Source of the DNA: Myxococcales bacterium
GTDB lineage: Bacteria > Myxococcota_A > Polyangia > Haliangiales > Haliangiaceae
Assembly: GCA_043737575.1 (NCBI GenBank)
Contig: JAYTAJ010000457.1
Location: forward strand, 1-40,151
DNA length: 40,151 nucleotides
Direction of reading: 5' to 3'
Part shown: positions 8,497 to 19,957 of the stretch, piece after piece
Position numbering within the stretch: position 1 is the first letter of the stretch
Layout of the letters: every line of letters starts with the position of its first letter
Translations under genes and position numbers: made by a program
Notes under the pieces: generated by a model
The model's database searches: none
Seen by the model: only the letters and a program-made list of their open reading frames with translations
Told to the model about the DNA's origin: nothing

Positions 8497-9147
8497 ATGA
8501 CTGATCTCGTCCTCTACATCGGCAACCGCCGCTATTCGTCCTGGTCGGTGCGGCCCTACCTGGCGCTGGCCGCGACCGGCGCCGACTTCCGCGCCGAGGT
8601 CATCGCCCTCGATCAGCCCGCGACTCGCACCCAGATCGCCGCGGTCAACCCGGCCGGACGCGTGCCCGTGCTGCACCACGGCGCGCTGGTCGTCCACGAC
8701 TCCCTGGCGATCTGCGAGTACGTCGCCGAGCTGTACCCCGACGCCGGGCTGTGGCCGCGCGATCGCGCGACCCGGGCCCGGGCCCGCGCGGTCGTGAGCG
8801 AGATGCACGCCGGCTTCGCCGAGCTGCGCCGCAACATGCCGCAAGATCTCTGCGCGTCGAAGATCGGCGTCGGCCACACGCCCGAGGCGATGCTCGACGT
8901 CGTGCGGGTGATGCAGATCTGGCGCGAGCTGCGCGCCCAGGTCCCTGCCGACGCCGGGCCGTTCCTGTTCGGCAGCTTCACGATCGCCGACGCGTTCTAC
9001 GCGCCGATCGCGGGCCGGTTCCGCACCTACGGCGTCACCCTCGACGTCACTTGCCAGGCCTACGCCGACGCGATCCTCGGGTGGCCGGCGATGGCGTCGT
9101 GGATCGGCGCGGCCGGCCTCGAGGCCGAGCTGCTCGATCACAAGTAG
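8497..9147 (+). CDS. Glutathione S-transferase family protein
   Basis: Track ORF with an ATG start. The thioredoxin-like N-domain (LYIGNRRYSSWSVRPYLAL..., GRVPVLHHGALVVHDSLAICEY) plus a helical C-domain (FLFGSFTIADAFYAP) are typical of YfcF/Nu-like GSTs. Confidence 0.8.
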   Translation: MTDLVLYIGNRRYSSWSVRPYLALAATGADFRAEVIALDQPATRTQIAAVNPAGRVPVLHHGALVVHDSLAICEYVAELYPDAGLWPRDRATRARARAVVSEMHAGFAELRRNMPQDLCASKIGVGHTPEAMLDVVRVMQIWRELRAQVPADAGPFLFGSFTIADAFYAPIAGRFRTYGVTLDVTCQAYADAILGWPAMASWIGAAGLEAELLDHK

Positions 9148-9155
9148 GCCGCCAC

Positions 9156-10004
9156 CTAGCGCGACCACAGCGCCGCGTGGTCGCGGATGTAGTCGGCGAT
9201 CGTGCGTGGCGGCGCGCCGAGCAAGCGCGCCAGCGTCGGATCGATCCGGCGATGGTCGGCGCGGCGCAGCTCGGTGTGCAGCACGGTCTGGACGATCGCC
9301 TGCATCCACGGTTGATCGCGGCGTCGGCGCAGGTGCCGCAGGTACCCGACGATGCTCGCGGGGTGGTAGCGGATCGGCCGGCCGACCGCGGCGGTCAGCA
9401 GCGCGGCCACCTCCGAGAACCCGACCGCCTGGGATCCGGTCAGCGTGTACGCGGCGCGCGCGTGGGCGCCGGGATGCGCGAACGTCGCGACCGCCAGCTC
9501 CGCGAGATCGCGGACATCGACCCACGCGATCCGGCCGTCGCCCGCCGGCACGAAGATCCGATCGTCCTCGACGATGTCGCGGCGGTACGCGTCGCCGAGG
9601 TTCTGCGCGAAGAACCCGGGCCGGAGGAACGTCCAGCGCAGCGCGCTGGCGCGCAGGTACTGTTCGGTCTTGTGGTGGGGGACGAGGCGATTGCTGCCCG
9701 CGCCGGCCACCGACAGGAACGTGACGTGCCTGACGCCGGCCGAGTGCGCCGCATCGATCAGCGGATGGAGCGTCGCCGCGACATCGGAGATCGCGGGCGG
9801 GCGCAACAGGAACAGCCCATCGCAGCCGGCCACCGCGGTCGCGAACGTCGCGGGTGACGTCAGGTCGAAGCGCGGACGCGCCGGGGCATGCGCCTCGATC
9901 CCTCGGGCGGCGAGGGCGCGAATGACCTCCCGCCCGACGTTGCCCGACGCGCCCGTCACCAGGACGCGGCGACACGCTTCCGCGCTGGGCTCGGAGGGGC
10001 TCAT
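9156..10004 (-). CDS. NmrA-like / atypical SDR NAD(P)-binding protein
   Basis: C-terminal 282 aa of track ORF 9156..11072. The ATG at 10004 ([27 protein letters not shown]) overlaps the stop of the upstream Fe-S gene (ATGA at 10001-10004). It carries a Rossmann motif TGASGNVG and NmrA-like continuation. Confidence 0.75.
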   Translation of the reverse strand: MSPSEPSAEACRRVLVTGASGNVGREVIRALAARGIEAHAPARPRFDLTSPATFATAVAGCDGLFLLRPPAISDVAATLHPLIDAAHSAGVRHVTFLSVAGAGSNRLVPHHKTEQYLRASALRWTFLRPGFFAQNLGDAYRRDIVEDDRIFVPAGDGRIAWVDVRDLAELAVATFAHPGAHARAAYTLTGSQAVGFSEVAALLTAAVGRPIRYHPASIVGYLRHLRRRRDQPWMQAIVQTVLHTELRRADHRRIDPTLARLLGAPPRTIADYIRDHAALWSR

Positions 10005-11140
10005 GGCTCGTCGGCGAGCGTCGACGGCGCGGTGTACGGCGTGTCGGTGAGCGCGGCGACCGCGGTCGCGAGATCGCTGACCTCGACCGAGTCGGGCGCG
10101 TTGCGGCGCAGCATGAAGGTGCAGGTGCCGCACGCGGTGACGACGGTGCCCCCGCCCGACGCGGCGACCTCGGCGAGGCGGCGGCGCGCCATCGCGTCGG
10201 CGGTCGCGGGCGCGGTCTTCGGCAGGAGCCCGCCGCCGCCGCAGCACTCGGTGTCGGTGCCCGACCACGACAGCTCGCGCAGCTCGGCGAGGCGGCCGAG
10301 CACGCGGCGCGGCGGCTCGATGACGCCGGCCGATCGCGCGAGGTAGCAGGGGTCGTGGTAGTAGACCGACTTCTTCTTGGCGGGGACCGGCAGCTTGGCG
10401 ACGTGCTCGGCCAGGAACTCCGGCATCGACACCACCTCGACGCCGACGGTGATGCCCTCGCCCTGGTACAGCGAGCCGACCGCGTAGCGACACGCCGAGC
10501 AGCCGATCACGATCGTGCGGAAGCGGCGCATCGCCAGCGCGACCTTGCTGGCGTGCCAGCGAAACAGATCGGGCAGCCCGGCCGCGAGCAGCGGGTAGCC
10601 CGCGCACGCCAGCCCAGCGTCGACGATCGGCACCGGGCCGAGGCCGAGGCGCTCGAACACCGCCTGCGCCGCGACGATGTCGGCCGCGCCCTTGTCGAGG
10701 CTGTCGCAGCCGGGCCAGAACCCGATCGCGCCGGCCTCGGCGAAGGTCGCCGTGCTCAGCCGCTCCTTGGCCTGGGTGGCCAGCCGTTGATCGCGGGCGC
10801 GGAACCGCTCGCCGTAGCCCCCGAGCGCCGGGTGGCCGGCGCCGTGGCGCTGCGCCGCCGCGCGTCCGGCCAGCAGCACCAGGCCCGGCTCGTTCCCGTG
10901 TGCACAGTATACAGTGCACTGTCGACACCCCGTGCACGCCCACAGCGGGTCGGCCGCCTCGGCGGTCCAGGCCTCGGTGCCGCGCCGCAGCCGGTTCAGG
11001 CGATCCATCTTCGCCTGCGGGATCAGCGTCTCGCGGCCGGTCGTGGTCGACACCGGGCACGCGTGGCGGCACATCTTCGGGCAGAACGTGCAGTCGTCGA
11101 GCTGCCGCGCGACGTCCTCGGAAGCGAAGCGGTCGGACAA
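10001..11140 (-). CDS. (Fe-S)-binding CCG-domain protein, GlcF / heterodisulfide-reductase-like
   Basis: Track ORF. The start codon at 11140 is TTG; no other start precedes the first cluster motif. Two ferredoxin-type motifs are present ([23 protein letters not shown]). Two Cys-rich CCG-like halves follow (WPGCDSL..., YHDPCYLAR..., ECCGGGG). Confidence 0.8.
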   Translation of the reverse strand: MSDRFASEDVARQLDDCTFCPKMCRHACPVSTTTGRETLIPQAKMDRLNRLRRGTEAWTAEAADPLWACTGCRQCTVYCAHGNEPGLVLLAGRAAAQRHGAGHPALGGYGERFRARDQRLATQAKERLSTATFAEAGAIGFWPGCDSLDKGAADIVAAQAVFERLGLGPVPIVDAGLACAGYPLLAAGLPDLFRWHASKVALAMRRFRTIVIGCSACRYAVGSLYQGEGITVGVEVVSMPEFLAEHVAKLPVPAKKKSVYYHDPCYLARSAGVIEPPRRVLGRLAELRELSWSGTDTECCGGGGLLPKTAPATADAMARRRLAEVAASGGGTVVTACGTCTFMLRRNAPDSVEVSDLATAVAALTDTPYTAPSTLADEP

Positions 11141-11172
11141 GGCGCCGACTATACAGTGTTAGCCTCGCGGGG

Positions 11173-13143
11173 TTGTCGTCCGTCTCGCCGGTCCAGCACT
11201 TCGCGACCCCGCCCGGGACGCCGCTCTTGACGATCGGCCGGGCCGACTGCGATCTGGTGCTCGATCAGCCGCTGGTCGCGCGCCGCCACGCCGAGCTGCG
11301 GTGGCAGCGCGATCACCACGAGCTGCGCGACGCCGGCTCGGCCCACGGCACCTGGATCAACGGCGCGCGGCTGCGCGGCGCGGCGCGGCTGGCGCCCGGC
11401 GACGTCGTGCAGATCGGCACGTTCCGGCTGACCTACGACGGCGACAGCCTCGACTCGTTCGATCAGCGCGGCGCGATCCGGCTCGACGCCCGCGATCTGC
11501 GCCGCGCGATCGGCTCGAAGGTGCTGCTCGACGACACCACGCTGTCGATCGAGCCGTGCGAGTTCGTCGCGATCGTCGGCGCCAGCGGCGCCGGCAAGTC
11601 GACCTTGATGATGGCGCTGTGTGGCTTCCAGCGCGCCGACGCGGGCGCGGTCGCGATCAACGGCGACGATCTGTACGCCAGCTACGACGCGTATCGCTCG
11701 ATCATCGGCTACGTGCCGCAGGACGACATCCTGCACCGCGCGCTGACGGTCGGCCGCGCGCTGCACCACGCCGCCCGGCTGCGGCTGCCGGCCGACACCA
11801 GCGACGCCGAGCTCGACGCCCGGATCGCCGCGGTGCTCGACGAGGTCGACATGACCGCCCACGTCGATCAGCGCATCGACGCGCTGTCGGGCGGGCAGCG
11901 CAAGCGGGTCTCGATCGCGTGCGAGCTGCTCGCCGATCCGCCGCTGCTGTTCCTCGACGAGCCGACCTCCGGCCTCGACCCCGGCCTCGAGCGCAAGCTG
12001 ATGCACACGCTGCGACGCCTCGCCGACGGCGGCCGCACGATCGTGCTCATCACCCACGCCACCGCGAACATCCGGGTCTGCGATCACATCGCGTTCCTGG
12101 TCGCGGGCAAGCTGATCTACTTCGGCCCGCCGTCGCAGGCGCTCGGGTTCTTCGGCGTCGACGACTTCGCCGACATCTACGCCGCGACCACCGACGACGC
12201 CGCGCCGTCGGCGCCGGCCGACCACTGGCAGGCGCGCTACCGCGAGTCGCTGCAGCACCAGAGCTACGTCGTCGAGCGCCCGGCCCGCGCGCCCGCGCGT
12301 CCGACCCCCGAGCAGCACGCCGAGAAGGCGACGCGGGCCCGCGTCTTCGCGCGATCGCCCTCGCGCCAGCTCGCGATCTTGTGTCGCCGCTACGCCGAGC
12401 TGATGATCGCCGACCGCCGCAACCTGGCGCTGCTGCTCGCTCAGGCGCCCGTGATCGGCGTGCTGCTGGTGCTGGTGTCGGGGCCCGACGCGTTCACCGC
12501 CGACCGGCTCGAGGCCAAGAAGCTGATCTTCATGCTCGCGACGACGGGCGTGTGGTTCGGCGTGATCAACGCGGCCCGCGAGATCTGCAAGGAGGCGCCG
12601 ATCCTGCGCCGCGAGCGGCTGGCCGGGCTGCGCGACGGCCCGTACCTGGCCTCGAAGATCGTCGTGCTGTTCGCGCTGGTGCTGGTGCAGAGCGCGATCC
12701 TCCTCGGCGTGGTCGCGATCCGGATCGCGCTGCCGGATCACGGCGTGCTCGCGCCGCCCGCGATCGAGCTGTTCGTGACGATCGCGCTGGCCGGCCTGGC
12801 CGGGCTCGGCCTCGGCCTGTGCGTGTCGGCGGTGGCGTCGACGCCCGACAAGGCGACCAGCCTGATCCCGATCGTGCTGGTGCCGCAGGTGCTGTTCGGT
12901 GGGATCATGTTCAGCCTGCACGGCGCCACCGCGGCGGCGTCGTGGCTGGTGCCGACCCGCGCCGCGGTCGACGCGCTCAGCGCCACCGTCGACACCAACC
13001 GGCTCGGCGGCGTGCTGCGCTTCATCCACGAGCCACGCTACGCGCCGACGTCCGAGGTGGTGCTGGTCGCGTGGGCGACGCTGCTCGGTCAGGCGCTGCT
13101 GTTCGGCGCGGTCGCGTGGTGGACGCTGCGGCGGCGGCGCTGA
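11173..13143 (+). CDS. FHA domain - ABC ATPase - ABC-2 permease fusion (ABCG-like half transporter)
   Basis: In-frame part of track ORF 10900..13143. The upstream part overlaps the divergent Fe-S gene and was dropped. The likely start is TTG 11173 (MSSVSPVQHF...). FHA motifs: GRADCDLVLD...RRHAEL...SAHGTWINGARL. ABC motifs: Walker A GASGAGKST, signature LSGGQRKR, Walker B LLFLDEPTSGLD, H-loop ITHA. About 6 TM segments lie at the C-terminus. Confidence 0.85.
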   Translation: MSSVSPVQHFATPPGTPLLTIGRADCDLVLDQPLVARRHAELRWQRDHHELRDAGSAHGTWINGARLRGAARLAPGDVVQIGTFRLTYDGDSLDSFDQRGAIRLDARDLRRAIGSKVLLDDTTLSIEPCEFVAIVGASGAGKSTLMMALCGFQRADAGAVAINGDDLYASYDAYRSIIGYVPQDDILHRALTVGRALHHAARLRLPADTSDAELDARIAAVLDEVDMTAHVDQRIDALSGGQRKRVSIACELLADPPLLFLDEPTSGLDPGLERKLMHTLRRLADGGRTIVLITHATANIRVCDHIAFLVAGKLIYFGPPSQALGFFGVDDFADIYAATTDDAAPSAPADHWQARYRESLQHQSYVVERPARAPARPTPEQHAEKATRARVFARSPSRQLAILCRRYAELMIADRRNLALLLAQAPVIGVLLVLVSGPDAFTADRLEAKKLIFMLATTGVWFGVINAAREICKEAPILRRERLAGLRDGPYLASKIVVLFALVLVQSAILLGVVAIRIALPDHGVLAPPAIELFVTIALAGLAGLGLGLCVSAVASTPDKATSLIPIVLVPQVLFGGIMFSLHGATAAASWLVPTRAAVDALSATVDTNRLGGVLRFIHEPRYAPTSEVVLVAWATLLGQALLFGAVAWWTLRRRR

Positions 13144-13147
13144 CCGC

Positions 13148-13918
13148 TCACGTCACCGCGCGCAGCTGATCCCAGGCGCGGGCGACGAGCGCGGCGCGCG
13201 GCAGGATCGTCCACACGCACTGCGCGTCGCCCCACTCCATCTTGGCGCGGTCATCGCTGTCGAAGCCGATCAGCACCTCGTCGTCGGCGCCCTGCTCGCC
13301 GAGATCGTCGGCGGCGGCGTAGCCGAGGAGCTGGTGGATGCCGGGCTCGCCGGCGCGGCCGGGGCGGATCGACGCGCGCCACGGCAGCCACACCTGCTCC
13401 CAGTAGCGCTCGAAGGCGTCGCGCGGCAGCACCGCGAGCGCGGCCTGGGTGGGCAGGTGCAGCTCGGGCAGCACGTCGACGTCGCAGCCATCGAACGGCT
13501 CGTCGTCGAGCGGCACCCAGGCGTGACGCACCAGCTCGGCGCCGGCCGGGAAGTGCAGCACCGCGACGTCGTCGCAGGTGCGATCGGTGAACAGCGCGAG
13601 GTGGCCGTCGCTCGGCAGGAGCTGCTCGAGATCGAAGCGCGCGATCTCGGCGAGGCGCACCTGCATCACGAACAACAGCGGCCCGTCGGCGCCCTCGGGC
13701 CAGTCGACGTCGATCGGCAGATCCGGCTCGCCGCCGACCCGGGTCGCGCGCACGACGTGGCCCTTGCCGGGCCGGGTCCGCAGGCCGATCGCCGGCTTGC
13801 ACAGCGCGTCGATCGCGTCGCGCCACGGCGATAGCTCGGCGGCGGCGAGGCGAGCGTGGAGGGCGGCGCGCTGGGTGGCGTGGTCGGGGGGGGTGTCGGC
13901 GGGGGTATCGGGCTTCAT
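13148..13918 (-). CDS. DUF1963 (YwqG-like) family protein
   Basis: C-terminal 256 aa of track ORF 13148..14026. The ATG at 13918 (MKPDTPADT...) shares one nucleotide with the stop of the upstream oxidase gene (TGATG). The family-like pattern is RVGGEPDLPIDVDWP, PLLFVMQVRLAEI, GHLALF, HQLLGYA, and LIGFDSDDRAKMEWGDAQCVW. The assignment is from memory of the family consensus. Confidence 0.6.
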   Translation of the reverse strand: MKPDTPADTPPDHATQRAALHARLAAAELSPWRDAIDALCKPAIGLRTRPGKGHVVRATRVGGEPDLPIDVDWPEGADGPLLFVMQVRLAEIARFDLEQLLPSDGHLALFTDRTCDDVAVLHFPAGAELVRHAWVPLDDEPFDGCDVDVLPELHLPTQAALAVLPRDAFERYWEQVWLPWRASIRPGRAGEPGIHQLLGYAAADDLGEQGADDEVLIGFDSDDRAKMEWGDAQCVWTILPRAALVARAWDQLRAVT

Positions 13919-15170
13919 CAGCGATCCGTCAGCGCGCCGGGGTTCATGATGCCGTGCGGATCGAGCTCGGCGCGCAGCGCGATCAGGTACGGATCGAGCG
14001 CGGCCGGGCGCGCGCCGAGGAGCCACGCCCCCGCGCGGGTCGCCGCGGCCTCGGCGGCGGCCTGGGTGGTCGCCGCGACGTCACCCGCGAGCGGCGCGCC
14101 GTGATCGTCGACGAACGTCGCGAAGATCACCGCGCCGTCGCCGTCGAAGCGCGAGATGTGGGCGCGCACGCCGGGCGCGGCGGCGCGGATCGCGTGGTAC
14201 GCCGCGCGGAGCTGCCCCGGTCCCGCGGTGACCTGGAAGGTCGGGCCGGGCTCGGGGGTCGGCTCGGTGCCGAACCGCCGCCGCCACCACCGATCGGCGA
14301 GCGCGGGGGGTGCGGCCTCGCCGCCCTCGGCGAGCACCGCGCTCTCGATCAGATCGCGATCGCAGACGGCGAGATCGGTCGGCCCCGCGGTGGCGGCGAC
14401 CAGGAGCGCGTGACCGTCGGGCAACCGGGCGTCGGGGAAGTGGATCCGCGCCTCGGCGGCGTCGATGATGCGCAGCCCTGACGGCGCCGCCTCCTCGCGC
14501 AGCGCCAGGAACGCGGCGGCGATCGCGGCGTCGATCGACGGCAGCGCGAACGCGGCGAGCAGGCGGGCCTCGGGGCGGCGGTGGATGCGCAGCACCGCGC
14601 CGGTGATGAAGCCGAGCGTGCCCTCGCTGCCGCACAGCGCGCGCGCCAGATCGGGCCCGGTCGAGCGGCGCGGCGCGACCCGGGTGTGGATGGCGCGGCC
14701 GTCGGCGAGCACCGCCGACACGCCCGCCACCGCCTCCTCGAAGAAGCCATGGCGCGCCGACGACTTGCCGGGCGTGCGCACGCCGATCAGCCCGCCGATC
14801 GTGCCGCCGAGGATGCCGGGCGGGTAGTCGCCGATCGACAGGCCGCGCGGCGCCAGCATCTTCTCGAGCGCGAGGCCGGTGAGCCCGGCCTGGACGTGGC
14901 AGAGCAGCGAGGTCTCGTCGAGCAGCGACACCTGATCGAGCCGCGCGGTCGAGACCAGGAGCCGCGGCCGATCGCCGAGGCTCTTGACCCGGGCCGGCCG
15001 CGAGCCCGAGCCGAGCGGCACCACCGCGGCGCCGTGCCGGCCGGCGGCGCGCACCACGTCGGCGACCTCGGCCGGGGTCGCGGGCGTCACCTGCCACGCG
15101 GGCTGTCCGGAAACCGGACGAACCGCGTCGGCGCCGAGCAGCGTGACCAGCTCGGCGGTGAGGTCGGTGG

Positions 15171-15174
<4 letters not shown>
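13918..15174 (-). CDS. FAD-binding PCMH-type oxidoreductase subunit (GlcE-like)
   Basis: Track ORF 13918..15186, trimmed to the ATG at 15174 (MTTDLTAELVTLLGADAV), which overlaps the upstream stop (ATGA at 15171-15174). The FAD-binding-4 pattern is present (VVPLGSGS..., LLCHVQAGLTG..., GGTIGGLIG, GSEGTLGFITGAVLR). The C-terminal LDPHGIMNPG is typical of this superfamily. Confidence 0.75.
15099..15120. repeat. 22-nt exact repeat CGGGCTGTCCGGAAACCGGACG (copy 1, inside the GlcE-like gene)
   Basis: It is identical to 29781-29802 on the same strand. It contains the hairpin GTCCGG-aaa-CCGGAC. A close variant, GGCTGTCCGG-tcca-CCGGACGAA, lies at 23175-23197. Confidence 0.8.
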
Positions 15175-16835
<1,661 letters not shown>

Positions 16836-16964
16836 GGGCCCACCGTAGTGCGGTCCGCCGCCGCCGCGCAAGGGTCGCCCTCGATCGATCGCGGCCACGC
16901 GCAACGTCGCCGCGCAACCGCGCAGAAGCCTTGCGTCGGGTGCGGCGGCGATCGATCGTGCGCC

Positions 16965-17847
<883 letters not shown>

Positions 17848-17876
<29 letters not shown>

Positions 17877-18129
17877 CCGGCGGCGGCGGCGTCCACGGCT
17901 CGCCCTTGAAGACGCTGCCCTGCTCGAGCTCGTCGAGCATCTGGTTCATGCGGACCCGCTTGGCGTCGTTGAGCTTCGCCGCGGCGATCCAGTTGAGGTA
18001 CTCGTGCTGCTGGTACTGCGGCCGGGCGCGGTAGGCGTCGGTCAGCGTGCGTGCGGCCAGCGCCGACTTCACGAAGCCGGGCATCTGCGGCGGCGGGAGG
18101 CCCTGGCCGGGCTTGGTCGGCTTGTTCAT
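17848..18129 (-). CDS. Small YdeI/OmpD-associated (OmdA-like) family protein
   Basis: Last 93 aa of track ORF 17848..18405, starting at ATG 18129 (MNKPTKPGQGL...). RPQYQQHEYLNWIAAAKLNDAKRVRMNQMLDELEQG resembles the YdeI C-terminal helical motif. The 3' end overlaps the convergent dehydrogenase gene by 29 nt. Confidence 0.55.
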
Positions 18130-18305
18130 GGTCGCATGAGGTAGCACGAGTCGCCCCTCGTGCCCGCGGTCACAGGCCTGGAATTCCGCGAGCGTGACCG
18201 TGCGGCGCAGGGTGTGGTGTGAACGAGCGCTGACAGCGACGGGCGCGACCGCGTCTGCGGCCGCGCGTGACTGCGTTGCCATCGCGCCGCGGTGTTCACG
18301 CGCGG

Positions 18306-18321
18306 TGGCATATCCGCTGCA
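18306..18321 (+). promoter_or_regulatory. Candidate sigma-54 (-24/-12) promoter upstream of the lipoprotein gene
   Basis: TGGCATatccgCTGCA matches TGGCAC-N5-TTGCA with correct GG/GC spacing and 2 mismatches. It lies in the 245-bp intergenic region, about 55 nt upstream of ATG 18375, and is correctly oriented. Confidence 0.3.
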
Positions 18322-18374
18322 CAGGCGACCGCCACCCGCAGACTTCATCCCCGGGCAGAAAGCTACGACCCGCC

Positions 18375-19130
18375 ATGCGACTCCCCACTCTTCTCGCCTA
18401 TTCATCCGCCACGATCCTCCTCTCCCTCGCGGCCTGCGGCGACAGCGGCAGCCGCGACGACGCGACCTTCGCCAAGGCCACCGAGGCCCAGCGCCAGCGC
18501 GCGGTGATGGCCGCGTCGGGCACCGACGCCGCGATCGCGTATCTGATCGCGAGCACGTTCACCGCGCCCGGCGAGCGGTCGTGCCCGACGGTGTCGACCT
18601 CCGGCTCGACGGTCACCGCGACCTTCAACTGCACCGACGACAGCGGCAGCCGGGTCGACGGCGTGATCGAGGCGACCAACCTCGCGCCGATCTTCGGCCC
18701 GGGCGGCGGCGACTTCGATCCGACCAAGGATCAGGTCGTCGAGCTCGAGGGCTACCGGGTCCACGCGCCCGAGGCCAACCGCGCGCTGGCGTTCGACGGC
18801 GCGATCACGATCCATCCCGACAGTGGCATGGACGTCGCGCTCGACGCGACGCTGCTCGGCGCCGCCGTCTACACCGACGCGACCTTCGACCGCTCGGCCG
18901 ATCTGACGTTCGCCGCGGCGGGCTCGTTCGTCGACCTCGACGGGCTCGGCCGCGCCGACATCGCGGGCTCGTGGAACCTGACCGACGACGCGCCCGCGGG
19001 CATGCTCGAGCTCGTGGGCGCCGACACCCTGCGCGCCGACATCGCCGCGATGGTCGACGGCTGCGTGCCGCTCACGATCGACGGCGCCGCCGCGGGCGAG
19101 CTGTGCCTGCAGACCGCCGACGAGGAGTGA
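18375..19130 (+). CDS. Hypothetical lipoprotein
   Basis: In-frame ATG at 18375 within track ORF 18267..19130. It has a lipoprotein signal peptide with lipobox MRLPTLLAYSSATILLSLAAC-GDSG. The mature part has four further Cys and non-junk composition. I recognised no family. Confidence 0.65.
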   Translation: MRLPTLLAYSSATILLSLAACGDSGSRDDATFAKATEAQRQRAVMAASGTDAAIAYLIASTFTAPGERSCPTVSTSGSTVTATFNCTDDSGSRVDGVIEATNLAPIFGPGGGDFDPTKDQVVELEGYRVHAPEANRALAFDGAITIHPDSGMDVALDATLLGAAVYTDATFDRSADLTFAAAGSFVDLDGLGRADIAGSWNLTDDAPAGMLELVGADTLRADIAAMVDGCVPLTIDGAAAGELCLQTADEE

Positions 19131-19133
19131 TCG

Positions 19134-19925
19134 TCAGCCGTCGATCAGCACCACGAGATCGCTCGCGGCGGCGGTGGCGAGGGTGGCGACGAAGTCGGCG
19201 ATCGGCTGCACCGCAGGATCGGCCGGCGCGGCGATCACCGCGGCGGCGAGGCGGCGGGCGCGCTCGGCGGGATCGCGGAGCAGGTCGAGCTCGAGATCGT
19301 GATCGAGCACGCCGAGGAACAGCGCCGCCATCATGCTGTGGGTCGGCTCGAGGTGGCCGACGTGGAACAACAGGTGGACCAGCTGATCGGAGCTGACCTC
19401 GCGGGCGTCGTCGCCATCGCCCCAGCGCACGCCGTAGGGCACGCGGCTCTCGAAGAACGTGTCGTCCTCGGCCCGCAGCGCCGCGGCCTGGGCGCCGTCC
19501 CACCCGAAATCGTCGAGGGCGCGGGTCAGGAGCTGGCCGGCGGTGGTCTCGATCGTGCGCGGCAGCCGCGCCATCAGCCACGCCTCGGCGGCGTCGGGGA
19601 TCGGGTACGGGATCGATCGGTAGCAGCCGAAGCCACCCGCGCCGCGATCGGCGGGGCAGGTCGCGCAGCCCGCGCGCTCGGCGTCGAGCGGCACCGACTC
19701 GTCGTAGAGCGTCTGGATCGTGACCTGGCGATCGGTCGTGCCCTCGGGGGTCTCGACCGCGATCGTCAGCGCGATCTCCGACGGCGGTCGCGGATCGCCG
19801 CCGCGCCGTACCATCGCGAGCACCGCGTCGGCGCGCGATCGCGACTTGCACAGCTCGACCAGACGCTCGACGCCGAGCCGTTGCTTGGCGCCGCAGTCGC
19901 GGTGAAGGACGTAGTCGATGCCCAT
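19134..19925 (-). CDS. Conserved-looking hypothetical protein with a Cys cluster (CATC...GC)
   Basis: Track ORF 19134..19949, with ATGs at 19949 and 19925 (MGIDYVLHRDCGAK...). It has balanced, protein-like composition and the motif ERAGCATCPADRGAGGFGCYRSIPYPI. There is no signal peptide or TM segment, and I recognised no family. Confidence 0.6.
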   Translation of the reverse strand: MGIDYVLHRDCGAKQRLGVERLVELCKSRSRADAVLAMVRRGGDPRPPSEIALTIAVETPEGTTDRQVTIQTLYDESVPLDAERAGCATCPADRGAGGFGCYRSIPYPIPDAAEAWLMARLPRTIETTAGQLLTRALDDFGWDGAQAAALRAEDDTFFESRVPYGVRWGDGDDAREVSSDQLVHLLFHVGHLEPTHSMMAALFLGVLDHDLELDLLRDPAERARRLAAAVIAAPADPAVQPIADFVATLATAAASDLVVLIDG

Positions 19926-19957
19926 CGCGAGGACGATACGCGATACCATCGCCCGGC

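Noticed and set aside
8398-9975. Track ORF 8398..9975(-), 525 aa
   Set aside because: It has junk composition (RPRRPRDRG...). It overlaps the GST gene antisense and the NmrA-like gene out of frame.
11149-13169. Track ORFs 11149..13029(-) and 11301..13169(+) over the ABC transporter
   Set aside because: They are antisense or alternative frames of a gene with unambiguous Walker A/B and signature motifs. Their translations are Arg/Asp/Gly-rich without motifs.
16897-16935. GCGCAAC direct repeats upstream of hbd sharing CGCGCAACC with the 27557-27565 site
   Set aside because: A 9-mer of this composition is expected about once in the window by chance. There is no symmetric arrangement at 16897-16935.
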